From the human T2T-CHM13v2.0 reference genome, Homo sapiens, in NCBI RefSeq assembly GCF_009914755.1, contig NC_060945.1: a stretch of DNA of 64,000 nt; one strand, 5' to 3'. Below the pieces are notes generated by a model that was given only the letters and a program-made list of their open reading frames with translations, had not been told where the DNA came from and made no database searches. The translations under genes and the position numbers were made by a program. Shown here in pieces: positions 15,415 to 27,358 of the stretch (position 1 is the stretch's first letter; each line of letters opens with the position of its first letter).

Positions 15415-16258
15415 CGTGTGTGGTGTGTGTGCAGAGTGAGTGCGTGTGGAGTGTGTGTGGAGTGAGTGTGTGTGGAGTGAGTGTGTGTGCGGAGTGAGTG
15501 TGTGTGGAGTGAGTGTGTGTGGAGTGTGTGTGGAGTGACTGTGGAGTGTGTGTGTGGAATGAGTGTGTGTGCAGAGTGAGTGTGTGTGGAGTGAATGTGT
15601 GGGGAATGTGTGTGTGTGCAGTGTGTGGAGTGAGTGTATGCAGAGTGAGTGTATGTGGAGTGTGTGTGGAGTGTGTGTGGAGTGAGTGTGTGCAGTTTGT
15701 GTGGAGTGAGTGTGTGTGTGGAGTGAATGTATGTGGAGTGTGTGTGGAGTGAGTGTGTGCGGAGTGTGTGTGTAGTGAGTATGTGTGTAGTGAATATGTG
15801 TGGAGTGAGTGTGTGTGCAGAGTGAGTGTACGGTGTTAGTGTGTGTGGAGTGAGTATGTGTGCGGAGTGAGTATGTCTGCAGAGTGTGTATGTGGAGTGA
15901 GTGTGTGTGTGCAGTATGTCTGCAGATGAGTGTGTGCGGAGTATGTCTGCAGAGTGAGTGTGTGTGCAGAGTGAGTGTGTGTGTGCAGTATGTCTGCAGA
16001 TGAGCGTCTGTGCGGAGGGAGTGTATGATTGGAGTGTGTCTGTGGAGTGTGTGTGTGGAGTGAGTGTATGTGTAGCATGTGGAGTATGTATGTGTGTAGT
16101 ATGTGGTATATGTGTGTAGTATGTGATGTATGTGTGTGGTATGTGTATGGTGTGGTGTGTGTGTGGTATGTGGTATGTATGTGTGTGGAGTGAGTGTGTG
16201 TTGTGTGGTGTGGTCCGTGTGTGAAGTGAGTGTGTGTGGTGTGTGGTGTGTGTGTGTT
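15415..16258. repeat. ~840-bp complex GT-rich tandem repeat (GAGTGTGTGT-type units)
   Basis: Directly visible; + strand almost devoid of C. Confidence 0.95.
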
Positions 16259-16262
16259 TATA

Positions 16263-16559
16263 CAGTCATCCCTCAGTATTCACAGGGGATTGGCTCCAGG
16301 ACCCCTGAGGATTCCAAAATCCTTGGCTGTTCAAGTCCCTGATATTAAATGGCGTAGTGTTTGCATGTGGCCTATGTATGTCCTCTCATACACTGCAAAT
16401 CATCCCTAGATGACGTATAATACCCAACACAATGTAAAGCTATGTAAATAGTTGTTATACTGTGTTTTTATTTGTATTGTTTTTTATTGTTGTGTTATTA
16501 ATTTTTCCAAATATTTTTGATTCATGAATGTGGAACCTGCGGGTATGGAGAGCCAACTG
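16263..16559. mobile_element. MER2 (TcMar-Tigger MITE)
   Basis: TA|cagtcatccctcagtat...atggagagccaactg|TA: terminal inverted repeats and TA target duplication. Confidence 0.88.
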
Positions 16560-16779
16560 TACATCACATAGGAACATATCTAATTACCAGCTGATTTGTT
16601 CCAGAAAAGAAATCAATGGGGTGCAGTTGAATGGTGGCCTTAACCTCTCCTACTGATATTGAACGCTGGGCAGCATGGCCCTCTGAAATCCCACTCGTTC
16701 CTGCCAGGACCAGGGGGGTTTGAGGAGTGTCTCTTTGAGAAAGTGGCTGTAGGTCAAGTGCTGAGAGAGGGGAGGGAGG

Positions 16780-17300
16780 GACTGGGGGGCAGGGCTCCAG
16801 GTGGAGACATCTTGTGAGGTACCTAAGAGTGGTGAATTCAGGGTGTGAGGAGAGGGCAGAGAGGCCAACATCAGCCAGACCTTACAGGTGGTGATAAATA
16901 GTTAGATGTTTATTCTAAGGGAAGAGGAGGCCACAGAATTGTTGTAAGCAGTGGATGGACATGAGGTGACTTGGGTTTTAAAAGGCCACTATGGTGACTC
17001 TGTAGCAAGCTGATTGGAGGTGGGCAAGAGTAGAAGGTATTTTCACAGTCCAAGTGAGATATCAGTTCCTTAAACAAGGACAGTGGCTGTGGAGGGGGAG
17101 AGGAGTGGACTGATTCCACATACACTTTGCAGGTAGAATTGACAGGCTTTGCTAATGGGTTGGATGTTAGAGTTGAGAAAAGAGGAGAAACCAAGGATAA
17201 CTTCCAGGTTTCTGGTTTAAGCCAGTGGTGGTGCCAATTCCAGAGAGAGGACTTGATGTGGACGGGCTGGTGGGGAGAACATGGAAATCAACAGTAAGAG
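16780..17300 (-). mobile_element. L2 fragment
   Basis: aggtagaattgacaggctttgctaatgggttggatgt...aaggataacttccaggtttctgg is typical of antisense L2. Confidence 0.75.
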
Positions 17301-17409
17301 TTCTTCATCTTCTGCAGGATACCTCCTACCTTTCCGTCAGTCAGTTTATCAATCGGGTACTTGTTGAGGGCTTATCATGTATTAAGCTCTGTGCATTTAC
17401 CTTGACATA

Positions 17410-17800
17410 TTTTTAAAGATGATTTGAAATGACTTCTAATAAAACTCACAGGTACAAGAAAACTACTGAAAAGGTGCATAGGTGAAAGAACAAGAGCCAA
17501 GTAACAAAAGGATGAAAAGAATCATATCTAAGTCCTAATCCTAAAAGAGACTGCTGCAACTACAAGCAAAAAACCTTAACTCTGAGTTCCCCAGGAACCA
17601 AAGCAAAAAGGGAAAGTTGAGTTTTATAAAGCCGATTGTCTAATAAAAAGAAGCATGCTGGCTTACTCAGAGAAATAAAATTTCGCCCTTATTTTCAACT
17701 TCGAAAGCATTTTTCTTACTACCTACCTTCTGTAAGGGCCAATGATCAATATAGTGGAATTGTTATATTGTCAATAACAATTTTACACAAAATACAAAAG
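17410..17800. mobile_element. Possible L4 (RTE-X) fragment
   Basis: gagttccccaggaaccaaagcaaaaagggaaa...gtctaataaaaagaagcat resembles recalled L4 sequence. Confidence 0.4.
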
Positions 17801-18077
17801 ATTTCTGTATAAAACCTAAAAAACTGGTGTCCCAAATGCCCGGTAGAATGGACTATCAAGGGCACTGGCCAGGGGCACAGGTCTGTAGCAAGGGAATACT
17901 TTGGCTTGTGTCTTACTGTCTTAGGTTTTAATAGTGTCTTTGTGACGAGTACCTTGCTACCCACTGACTTAATTACAGTTTCTTTTGTCTTAGAATGTAA
18001 ATTTCTTTTGTTACCCCCCCCAATCATGTGTGTGCATGTATGTGTGGGTGTGTGTGAACCACTGGAGTTGGCTGTAG

Positions 18078-18381
<304 letters not shown>

Positions 18382-18399
18382 GGCAATAGACTTTCTAAA

Positions 18400-19330
18400 A
18401 CATTTAAATAAACTTCGCACCCCTTCTCACGCTGCCCGGAAAATTCTGACTTCCCTCACCTTGGGAGAGCAAGGCTCATATAGCAGACGTTGCAGACCTT
18501 GTTTAGGTCACACTTAAGATAAAGGAAGATGCAAACTCCTTTTTTTCTGATCAGCTGATCCCCTGTGACTGACGGCCGGGGAGCCCCTATGGCACCAGTC
18601 TGTAGGCTACAGCCTGAGCCAGATTCCATGCTAAAAGTCCCGAGGCTGGCAGTGAAAGAAACCCCCCGGGGCTGGAAACTCACCCCTCCTGGGCGGCTGC
18701 ACACCAGCTCATGGCCGCTCTGGGGTCTGTGAGGGCCCGGCGCCCCTTCTCCCCAGGGAGCCGCGTGACTCTCCTTGATCCGGCCTCCCCTCGAGCGACA
18801 GGCCTCCCAGAGGCCCCCCAGCAGCCCCCGAGCAGTCCCCGGAGCGCTGGGGGACTCTGCAGCGCGCAGGTGACCACGCAGAGACAGCCCCAGCGCGATG
18901 AATAATTGAGGCGCAGAGTGGAATTACCTCTGTGGGCTCCGAGTCCCTCCCGCAGCCCGCACCTGCCCCTGCCCCTGTCCCTGCCTCTGCCCCAAGGACT
19001 ACTGCTCTTTTCAGAAATGACGCCAGTACCAGCACGTGCAAAATGCCTTGCAGCCTTGCTGGGAACACATTTGCATACTCAGTTTCAGGTTTAAATGCCT
19101 GCGCATAAAACAGGATTAAATAGCACAACCTGGCGGGGGCAGGGGGGAGCACAAGGGTCTCCCTTCCACCTGGCCGGAGGTGGGTGAAAATCCCAGCAGA
19201 TTTCAACAACCCGCCTCCCACCCTACACCGCAAGTAGGTGCGCGGAGGGACTCAACTGCTGGGGCAGGGGCTGCCCTCTGGGGTAGAGGGACCCCCAGTT
19301 TCCAAAGTGAGGGCTCAGAGAGCACCCAAC
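18400..19330. promoter_or_regulatory. CpG/GC-rich candidate promoter or enhancer
   Basis: Highest non-Alu CpG density in the window (judged by eye); E-box GCACGTGC 19032-19039, octamer ATTTGCAT 19069-19076, GC boxes near 19132-19148. Confidence 0.55.
18684..18900 (-). other. Candidate first exon (5' end unknown) with Kozak ATG at 18712
   Basis: gagcggccATGAGCTGG...CAGGAGGG|gtgagt; a second donor AAG|gtgagg lies at 18460. Confidence 0.3.
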
Positions 19331-19344
19331 TTCTCCGTTCTCTC

Positions 19345-19600
19345 CTTTTTTCATTCATTTTTCCTCCAACAGATATTTATTGAACACCTACTATGTGCCA
19401 GCACTGTGAAGGGGGACAGTAGGGTCTATAGCAGTGAACAAAAAATGTCCCTGCTCTTTGAGTTGGGGGAGACAGACAATTAGAAAAAGATTCAAAGAAA
19501 TAACATAGTTCCCGTATGAAGATAAGAGCAACGACCAGGGAGAGGCAAACAAAAGAGAGTGATAGGGAAGTTTCTCAGGATGTTCAGGAGGGCCTTTCTG
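19345..19600 (-). mobile_element. L2 3' end
   Basis: ttcattcatt...caacagatatttattgaacacctactatgtgccagcactgtg. Confidence 0.8.
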
Positions 19601-19644
19601 TCCTGCTGTGCTTAGATTCTGCCTATAACTTAATAAGTATGTTA

Positions 19645-19885
19645 TCATTTGATAGTAATACTTACCAAACACTTCTCATGTTCTGGGCACTATAATAAGT
19701 GCTTTAGCACTTTGGCTTTACATAATCGTTGTAACTACCTAATGACATGGATCTCTAATTGTGCCCATTTTACAAAAGAGTACAATTGAGGCAATGGGTC
19801 CTGAGGCCAGTAGCTGAAGAATGGCGGAGCTGCGACTTGAACCCAGGCATCTAGTTCTAGGACCCCACTCTGAAATACTGCACTG
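19645..19885 (-). mobile_element. MIR
   Basis: atgttctgggcact...cccattttacaaaagag...ttgaggca...acttgaacccaggca. Confidence 0.65.
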
Positions 19886-22800
19886 TAATTTACATATATT
19901 CATTTCCCCTCGTTTCCAAATGTGGGACACGGCCAAAAGCAAGCAAATATGCATAAGGAGCTTCTGACACGTAAACAGCCACCCCCATACTGTGGCATTT
20001 CTCCTGTTCTTGCCTACAGTTCTAGTTGATTCCTAAAGTGGGAGAGAGCGTGCATGATGATAGGGACTGTTTACTTAGCAAAGAAACTGAGTCAGCTCAG
20101 GATCCCCAAGGCTGCAGCCAGGGAAGCCTGTGTCATGGATTCAACCGTCTGTGCTGAGCCGCACCTGCACTGGCTGAATTGCTAGCAGCCGGGTTTCAAT
20201 TTGGGGACCCAATGGGTGACACCCAGGAACCCAGAAGCCACACCAGCCCTTGGCTCCCTCCAACCCAGGTTTCCATTACCATGGTGCTGCCTGCCAGCTT
20301 GGCAGGATCACACTACACCTTGGGCAGGTCCTTGCCCTGGGCCCCCTCTGCTGCCATCCATCCCTCTCCCTGAAAAAGGTGGTGGGAAGGACAATGGCCT
20401 TTTCTTGGCTGAGGAGTGCCAGGGAACCAAGCCTCTCAGTACAGAAGGAGGGAGCAGCCGAGGCTGTCTGACATCCAGACCCCATCACAGGGTAGGCCTG
20501 CTGGATTGTGGGTGTCTTACATTTGCTCATCCTCCAAGACTAGAACAAAGTTCTTCCAGGCCTCAGACAGTCATCCCTGCCTGCAGCTATTGACTGTTTG
20601 CATAGGAGGGGATGGAGTTGGGATTTAGGAAGGAGAGGCAAATTTGAGGCTGGGGAGAATTTGAATTTTCCTGTGCACTAACCACAGTCATCCCCTCCTC
20701 CAGAGCACACTCACTCTCAGACGCCCAGGGAGCTAAGCAAAATTTCTCTGTATTTTATCCAAATATGCCGTGGACTTTGAAATGAACTCTTTACACCTCC
20801 TTCCTGCTGACCCGACTGCAAATCAGCTTTTGATGGGATTGGACAGCTTGGAGAGATGGGCAGCGATCACGCTGAAATATGATGACAGGGGCAAGACTGC
20901 AAGGACATCCGCGAAGTAAGACATGTGCACAGAGCAACCATGTGAAAACAATTAGGACGACAAATTTACTAATTGCTGAAAGTAACTTAATAACAAAACC
21001 ACAATGCTCTCTGTTATTAATCCTGGCTACTGCAGCGGGTGCCAATTGAAGTTTGCTTGCAGGAGGGATTGTAAGTATCAGGCCAGTGCCCTAGCATTTG
21101 TGGATACTAAGTGAAAAGAGGTTGCATCTCTGTTGGTAACTGAAAAATAAACCGCTGTTCAGCCTCCTACCAATGCAGGTGGCCATAGGGATTTGAGGCA
21201 TTTCTGAAGCCCATGGAGAGAGGGAGGCAGGGCTCTCTTGCCTTTCTGTGACTCTCTCTTTTTTGCATTCTCCACTTAAACCAGAGCAACGGGCATTACT
21301 CAGATTTTGGAGGGTTAAGAATTGATTTTTAAGAAACACAAATTCAAATGCAATATTCTTAAAGCGTTTTAAGGTGGAGTGGGTAGAAATGAGGTAGCAA
21401 GGGACTCCATTCTTGGGTTGGGTGAGGAGCCTTCAAAAGTTCTCTGAGTTCCCAAGTCTTTCACAGGCTGCTTGCTACACATAATCCTTCACAGAAATTA
21501 GGTATCAGTGCCTAGGCATCGGGAGTGAATGCAGTATTTCTGGAGGCAAGGGAGTCCCTTAGCCCTCCAGAAGATCAAAGACAACCATCAAATGTGTCAC
21601 CTTCAATAAGTCATGGGATGCAAAGGACCATAATTTCCCTTACTAGAGGGGCTCTTTGTGCCTATATTTCTCTTAAGTTGCCTAAGTCTGCAAACATTTG
21701 GATCATTCAAGCCTCATTTTTTTTCCTTGAAATATTTATAAAAAAGGCTGAATTATTATTTTTTGAAATATGTTAGTATCTGCCCCCACTCTGTATTTGA
21801 CCATTTATATCTCAATGAGAAATTGCATTTATTAAAGCTGGCAGCTCTGTGTGTACTTTATTGTGATGTTTTTGTAATTACAATGAGCAGTGTAGCTTTT
21901 CTTCCCCTCCCAATTAAAATGATCCTGGCCCAGAATTTCAGAGTCTTCAAGGCCAAGTTTGCTTCTCCTGGAGCATCCCCAGGAGATGTCTGCCCAGGCG
22001 GGAGGAGGCAACGAAACCTCTTCTTGGACCCAGGACTTCACCAAGGTCCTGCAAGAGCCCTTCAGCCCTCCCTCCAGCAAGAGCGAGAACCAGTGTGGTG
22101 GCCTCAATGGGTCCTCCCGCCCAACAGCTGCCTTTCAGGAAACAGAGACTGTAACCTGGGACTTATTAAAAGTTTGGAGAGAAATAATATTTCTGAGGTT
22201 GTTCAACCTCTGGCTACTTTGAAGTTTATTCTTGGATTAATCCAGATCTTCAGAGACCTGCATATGGGCATGCATTATTTTCACTTTTTGCAGAATCACT
22301 TTCACTAAATTGCATGTTAGTCTTATCTTATTGACCTACTTCTAAAGAATATTTGGTTAAGAAAACAAATTCTCAGGCCTCATCCCAGAGCCTGATTCAG
22401 CATTTCCAGGAACACGCTGGAAAGCTGTCAGTGTCAAAGCGTCTCTGTGGTCAGGGTGATTGCCCTGTGACATATCTTTGAGAGTTCATGGCTAGAAACA
22501 GCTGTGCTTGTTCTGAGCAATGGGCTTATTTTTTATCACTAGACACTGTGATACTTCTAACTAATCATGTCATTTCTTTGGGTTGACTGTAGGAACCTCA
22601 GATTCAAATCCACCCCTAGCAAAAATGTGCACGGTCTCAGCACAGGTAATTTTTGTTTATTTTCTAGCAACTGCCTTTACCTTCTTTCCCCTCTGTTGAA
22701 CTTTCCTCAAGCACTTACCTTTTTTATTATGGAAAATGTCAGACACAATGTAAACGCTTACCTTTTTATTACAAAAAATTTCAAACATAGGCAAGAAGAG

Positions 22801-22974
22801 CAAACATAATGAGTTCTTATGTATCCATCACCAAACTTCAATAATTTTCAACTTACAGCCAACCTTTAAATATTTATTTTTAATCTTACCAAGATTATTG
22901 GAATCTTCGTAAGTCTCCCAAATTCTTTTTCTAATGAGATAGAGAGTACATTATAAATAACCACAACAAATTAG

Positions 22975-23191
22975 CAGTTCTTACATTTAAAAGTGATGTT
23001 GCCTCCCCACCCCTAAGAGGACATTTGGCAATGTCTGGAGACATTTTTCATTGTCACAACTGGGCAGGGAGGAGTGTTGCTCTTGGCATCTAGTGGGTAG
23101 AGTCAGCGATGCTGCTCAATGCCCTACAACGCACAGGACAATCCCCAAAACAAAGAACGATCAGCCTCAAATGGCCATGGTGCTGAGGTTG
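22975..23191. mobile_element. MER20 (hAT-Charlie)
   Basis: ggacatttggcaatgtctggagacattttt...ggcatctagtgggtagag...gcacaggaca...gtgctgaggttg. Confidence 0.88.
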
Positions 23192-23639
23192 TGCACTAAA
23201 TTAAAATGAGTATTTTTCAAGTTAGACTATTCCTAGGAAATTGACTTTAAAGCACAACTTGTGTTTTCAAGTTGACAAATGTTCTAAATATCATAGGTTT
23301 GGTGGTTTATAGGGTATTCATGGTATACACGCTGGAATATCAGTAAGAAACTAGTTGACGGTGGTTGTCTCTGGGGAGAACTGGGTGGCAGGGCAGGATA
23401 AAGACTTACTTTTTCCTCTATCCCCATTTGTGTCTTTTATATTTTATAATGCATGCAGGTCTTACCTACTTGAAATACATTTGAATAACATGGAGTACGT
23501 GGATGTTTTCAAAGGATCTGAAAATAAAGTTTTTATTTTAAAGAAAGCTTTTGAAATGGTTGTGTAAAGAGACCAAAAAGAACCTTCTGACAGAGCTTTC
23601 CAGAGTACTGTGAGCCTGTCAGACACCTAGTGTGGCTCA

Positions 23640-23820
23640 GCAGCGCCCGGGCCATTAAGGGAATCAGAAACACGTGGAGAGGCGGCCGCTGCTCCCGGCA
23701 TGATGGATCAATTGTTCGAGAGCGAAGTTAAATGCGAGGGTCCCTGTGCCAAGCCTCTGACACTAATGAGCCCTCAACTCCAGGGAGCAGGTCTCCCAGG
23801 GCCAGGCAGTGACGTGGCTT
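23640..23820. promoter_or_regulatory. Candidate developmental enhancer
   Basis: CpG-retaining unique DNA with CCATTAA, CACGTG (23671), TGATGGAT (23701), ATTGTT, TGCCAA and TGACGT motifs. Confidence 0.35.
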
Positions 23821-25386
23821 CTGGGCAGCAGACAGGAGGGCTGGGAGCCGCCTGCAGCCTGGCCGGAGCTGGCCACAGGATAAGGTCCACTCCTGCCTCC
23901 ATCAGCTGGTGGCCATCTGCACCACCCTCTGATCCTCCAAAGATGGTCACTCACCCGCTGATCCTCCAAAGGACACAGCTACGTTGAGCTGTAAATGGTG
24001 ACAGAAGTGAGGCAAACCCCTTGCTTCTTTTGAAAAGAAAGGCCCAGCGAACACATCTTTGGAAACATTACCTGGCGGTGTCACTTCCATTCTTAAAACC
24101 CCAGTGGCTTTTGGCTGACCTTGGTCCCCCTCTTTCTCCTCGCGTCCTCTGCCTCTCAACTCTGGCTCCCGGGCTTTTTGTCAGTCCCTTGGATTCATTG
24201 CACTCCCCTCCACTGCAGGGCCCCTGCAGATGCCGTTCCTTCCACCAGGCACACCCTCTGTCTCCTCTTTTCCTTGTTACCTCCTCCAGGAAGCCCCCCT
24301 TCCTCCACTCCCCTAGTAAGTCAACCCCCCTCATGACAGGCCATCCAAAACCTGGGTCCTTTTCCTCCCAGCTCCTGGAGAGCTGCATCTTCACCATCTG
24401 TGCCATCATGTGATAAATGCCAATCTCCCGGCTGGGCCATGAGCTCTGGAAGCAGCATCTAAGTCCAGTTGGTTTGCCCGTCCCAGAGCTGCATCAGGCC
24501 CATATTCACTGGGACTCACTAAATGTTCATTGACCAAGAGACCTAATGAAGAACACAAACAGCCCCGCCCCAGAGGCAGGCATCAATACACAGCTCATCG
24601 AGGGAATCCTGGAAGAGCAGCCAAGCTCAGGGGAGCAGAAGGGTCTCCAAGATGTGGGGGAATGGGGTCTGGGCAGCCTGGAAGCTTCCACGGCTTCTCC
24701 AGGGTGGAGACCAAGTCTGTGGCAGGTCAGAGGGTTGCGTGGATGGTTACCCTGACTGCCCCATGGTATCTCCTGCTTCTCCCCTCTCCCGCATGGTCCC
24801 CAATGGAGTAAGGCTGACTTCCTTGGTGCCAAAGGCATCGATGACCCCTTGGGATTGGTCAGTTGATGTGGGGAGGCCAAGGGTGGAAGAGCTAAGAGCT
24901 CCTCCAGGGTGATCTGGGGAGAATGAGGAAGCCCCTTCCACACTGACCCATGAGAAAGCGGAAATGTCTTCCTCTCTCCAAAGCAAGGCCTTCCCTGACT
25001 GCAGTGACCCCAGTGGCTGCCCCTTCTCCAGGCTCCCACCACACCCTGGGCACATTCCAGTTGCTGCATAGTTCACAATGATGCTCTTTCTAGATGTTTG
25101 GTGGCCAGCTAGGCTGTGAGCTCCCTGAGGGTAAGGACTATGGAATATTTTTTCTTAATACTCAAACCATGCACAATGGCCCAATTATTAAGGTACCCAA
25201 CAACCTTCTACAGAATGAGCTTATCATTGCTATGGGGGATCACACAGACGATTCATAGCTGGTGTTTTTTTTTTTTTTTAACTTGTCCATCTTGCTACGA
25301 TTTCTGTCAGCATGAGCAGAAATGGAGACTGAAAGACAGGGCTGTTGGCTTCAAGCAAGACTTTTATATTCCTTCATGTGTGCATT

Positions 25387-25421
25387 ACACACACACACAC
25401 TCTCTCTCTCTCTCTCTCTCC
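25387..25421. repeat. (CA)n(CT)n microsatellite
   Basis: Directly visible. Confidence 0.9.
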
Positions 25422-26049
25422 TCCCCACCCCTGCCCCCCTCCGGCTACTGAGAGTCCTCGCTGAAGCCAAAAGTGGTAGACATGTAAGAAAATGCTGCAA
25501 AATGAGAAAGATGTATTTGGTGTTGAAAAGGAAATTGATGAGGAGAAGGAGCGTGTGGCCCCCGGGTAAGGGGAGCTGCCCTCCCAACTGGCAGGTGTGC
25601 AGCTTTCTCAGGGCACCCCACAGAGGCCCTGGAAGGCATTATTCCTTTGCTTGCTTTCTGTGGAGAACAAATCACCTCTAAAACATTTCCCAGAGGAAGG
25701 GCCGGTGGGGCGAGAATTACTTCTGGGGGTTGACCAGCCACAGGCTCAGCCAGAGAGCAGCAGCTGCTGTCAGAAAGATCACGGTTGGCCAGCATGGCCA
25801 CTTGTCAGCACACAACGGCCCTGGAGGAACTCACCTGCCCCAGGTAAAGACAGTGAGACAAGGGTGGACATCGGTGAACTTCCTCTCTTCCTTCAGGTCT
25901 TCACTCAAGTGTCACCTCCCTGGGGACCCTCCCCTGGCCACATTCCTACTCGCAATCGTCCCCTGGCCTTGTGGCCTGCACACTTTCCCACCCCTGTCAT
26001 GCCTGATTTTTCCCCTGAGCACGGATGACGCTTGAAAGCCCATTCATGT

Positions 26050-26203
26050 TACTGATTCTCAACATCTTTCTCCTGTGATTGCAGCTGGAATGAGGATAGA
26101 CACTGCACCTGCACTGTCCCCTGCTCTGTCCCCAGCAGCTACAACACTGCCTGGCACATAGCATGACATTGGTATTTATTGCATGGTCGAAAGAATGAAT
26201 GAA
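26050..26203 (+). mobile_element. L2 3' end
   Basis: tgtccccagcagctacaacactgcctggcacatag...gaatgaatgaat. Confidence 0.7.
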
Positions 26204-26953
26204 TTGGAGTCGTTGAAGGCTGCCTTTTAGAATGGTGACTACCCTGTATTCAGATTCTTTTCAAGATATTGTCTTTCTAAATGCCCCAGAGTACTAGGAG
26301 GACACAACCTACGTTTAAATTTAAAAACACCCAGTGCATTTTCAAAAGAAAGTTGCTTTAAGTTCGCTGCATTAAATTAAATTCACTGAACTTTCTCAGG
26401 GCTACCCTGAGATAGCCCAGACACGCAGCGGGTCTTGGGAGGCTTGGCCATTGTCACCATGATACCAACTTGGCTCCTCTCCCCCTGACCCCAAAAGTCG
26501 AATAAGCTCTTTACCTTCATTGGTGTGGAAATAGAGCTCAGGGCAGTTTTAGTAGCTATATGTGGAGGGAGAATTGGAGGGGCCCTAAAGTAAGTTGGTT
26601 TGCTAAGAGCCACCCTTTCAAGAGAAGTCAAAGGGCAGTGCCAAATCCTGCTCGTCGCCAGGGTTTCTCAGGTGCTGTCTGGAAAGTTGGGCCCGTGGCA
26701 TCGGCCCCGTTTCTAACCTGGTCCCCACCACAGGCCTGGATCACATGCTCCCAGTCCCCTCCCAGTTCCCATCTTAGGTCCGGGAACTCCTCCTGGCCTT
26801 CTCTAGTTCTTGGAGACCTGTCAAGAGGTCCCTGCTCCATCCAACTCTGCTCATATCCCACAAATTCTCTATCTGCTCACTGCCTAATGCCGACAACAGT
26901 CACAGTGCAAGGCAAGAGGCTCTGGGGGCACCAGCCACGGTCCCTACAGAGAT

Positions 26954-27358
26954 GGTAGCAGGTTGAGGAGAGTCCTTCCCAAATTCATGCTCACCCAGAA
27001 CCTCAGAATGTGGCCTTATTTGGAAATAGGATTGTTGCAGATGGTGAGGATGAGGTCACCCTGGAGCAGGATGGGCCCTACTCTAAAATGACTGTTGTCC
27101 TTAGAAGCAGGCACCAGGGGAAGGCCACGTGAAGAGGGAGGCAGAGACTGCAGTGACACAGCTGTGAGCCAAGGCCAAGGAATGGTGTGGCCAGCCGGCA
27201 GCCACCAGAGTGGGGAGGGGGCACGGAACAGACTCCCCTTGGAGCCTCCAGAAGGAACCAGCCCTGCCTACCCCGCAATTTCGGACTTCCTGTCCCCAGA
27301 CCTGTGAGACAATAAATCTCTTGTACTTTGTTACAACTGTCCTTAGCAAACAAATCCA
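26954..27358 (+). mobile_element. MLT1C-like MaLR solo LTR
   Basis: cccaaattcatgctcacccagaacctcagaatgtggccttatttggaaatagg...gagcctccagaaggaaccagccctgcc...tgtgagacaataaat. Confidence 0.85.

Noticed and set aside
15513-16342. Cys/Val- and His/Thr-rich ORFs
   Set aside because: Translations of the GT-rich tandem repeat.
18709-19233. 174-aa ORF across the CpG-rich element
   Set aside because: GC-rich DNA is naturally poor in stop codons; low-complexity Gly/Ala product.
27015-27024. Perfect CArG box ccttatttgg
   Set aside because: Part of the MLT1 consensus; no independent support.
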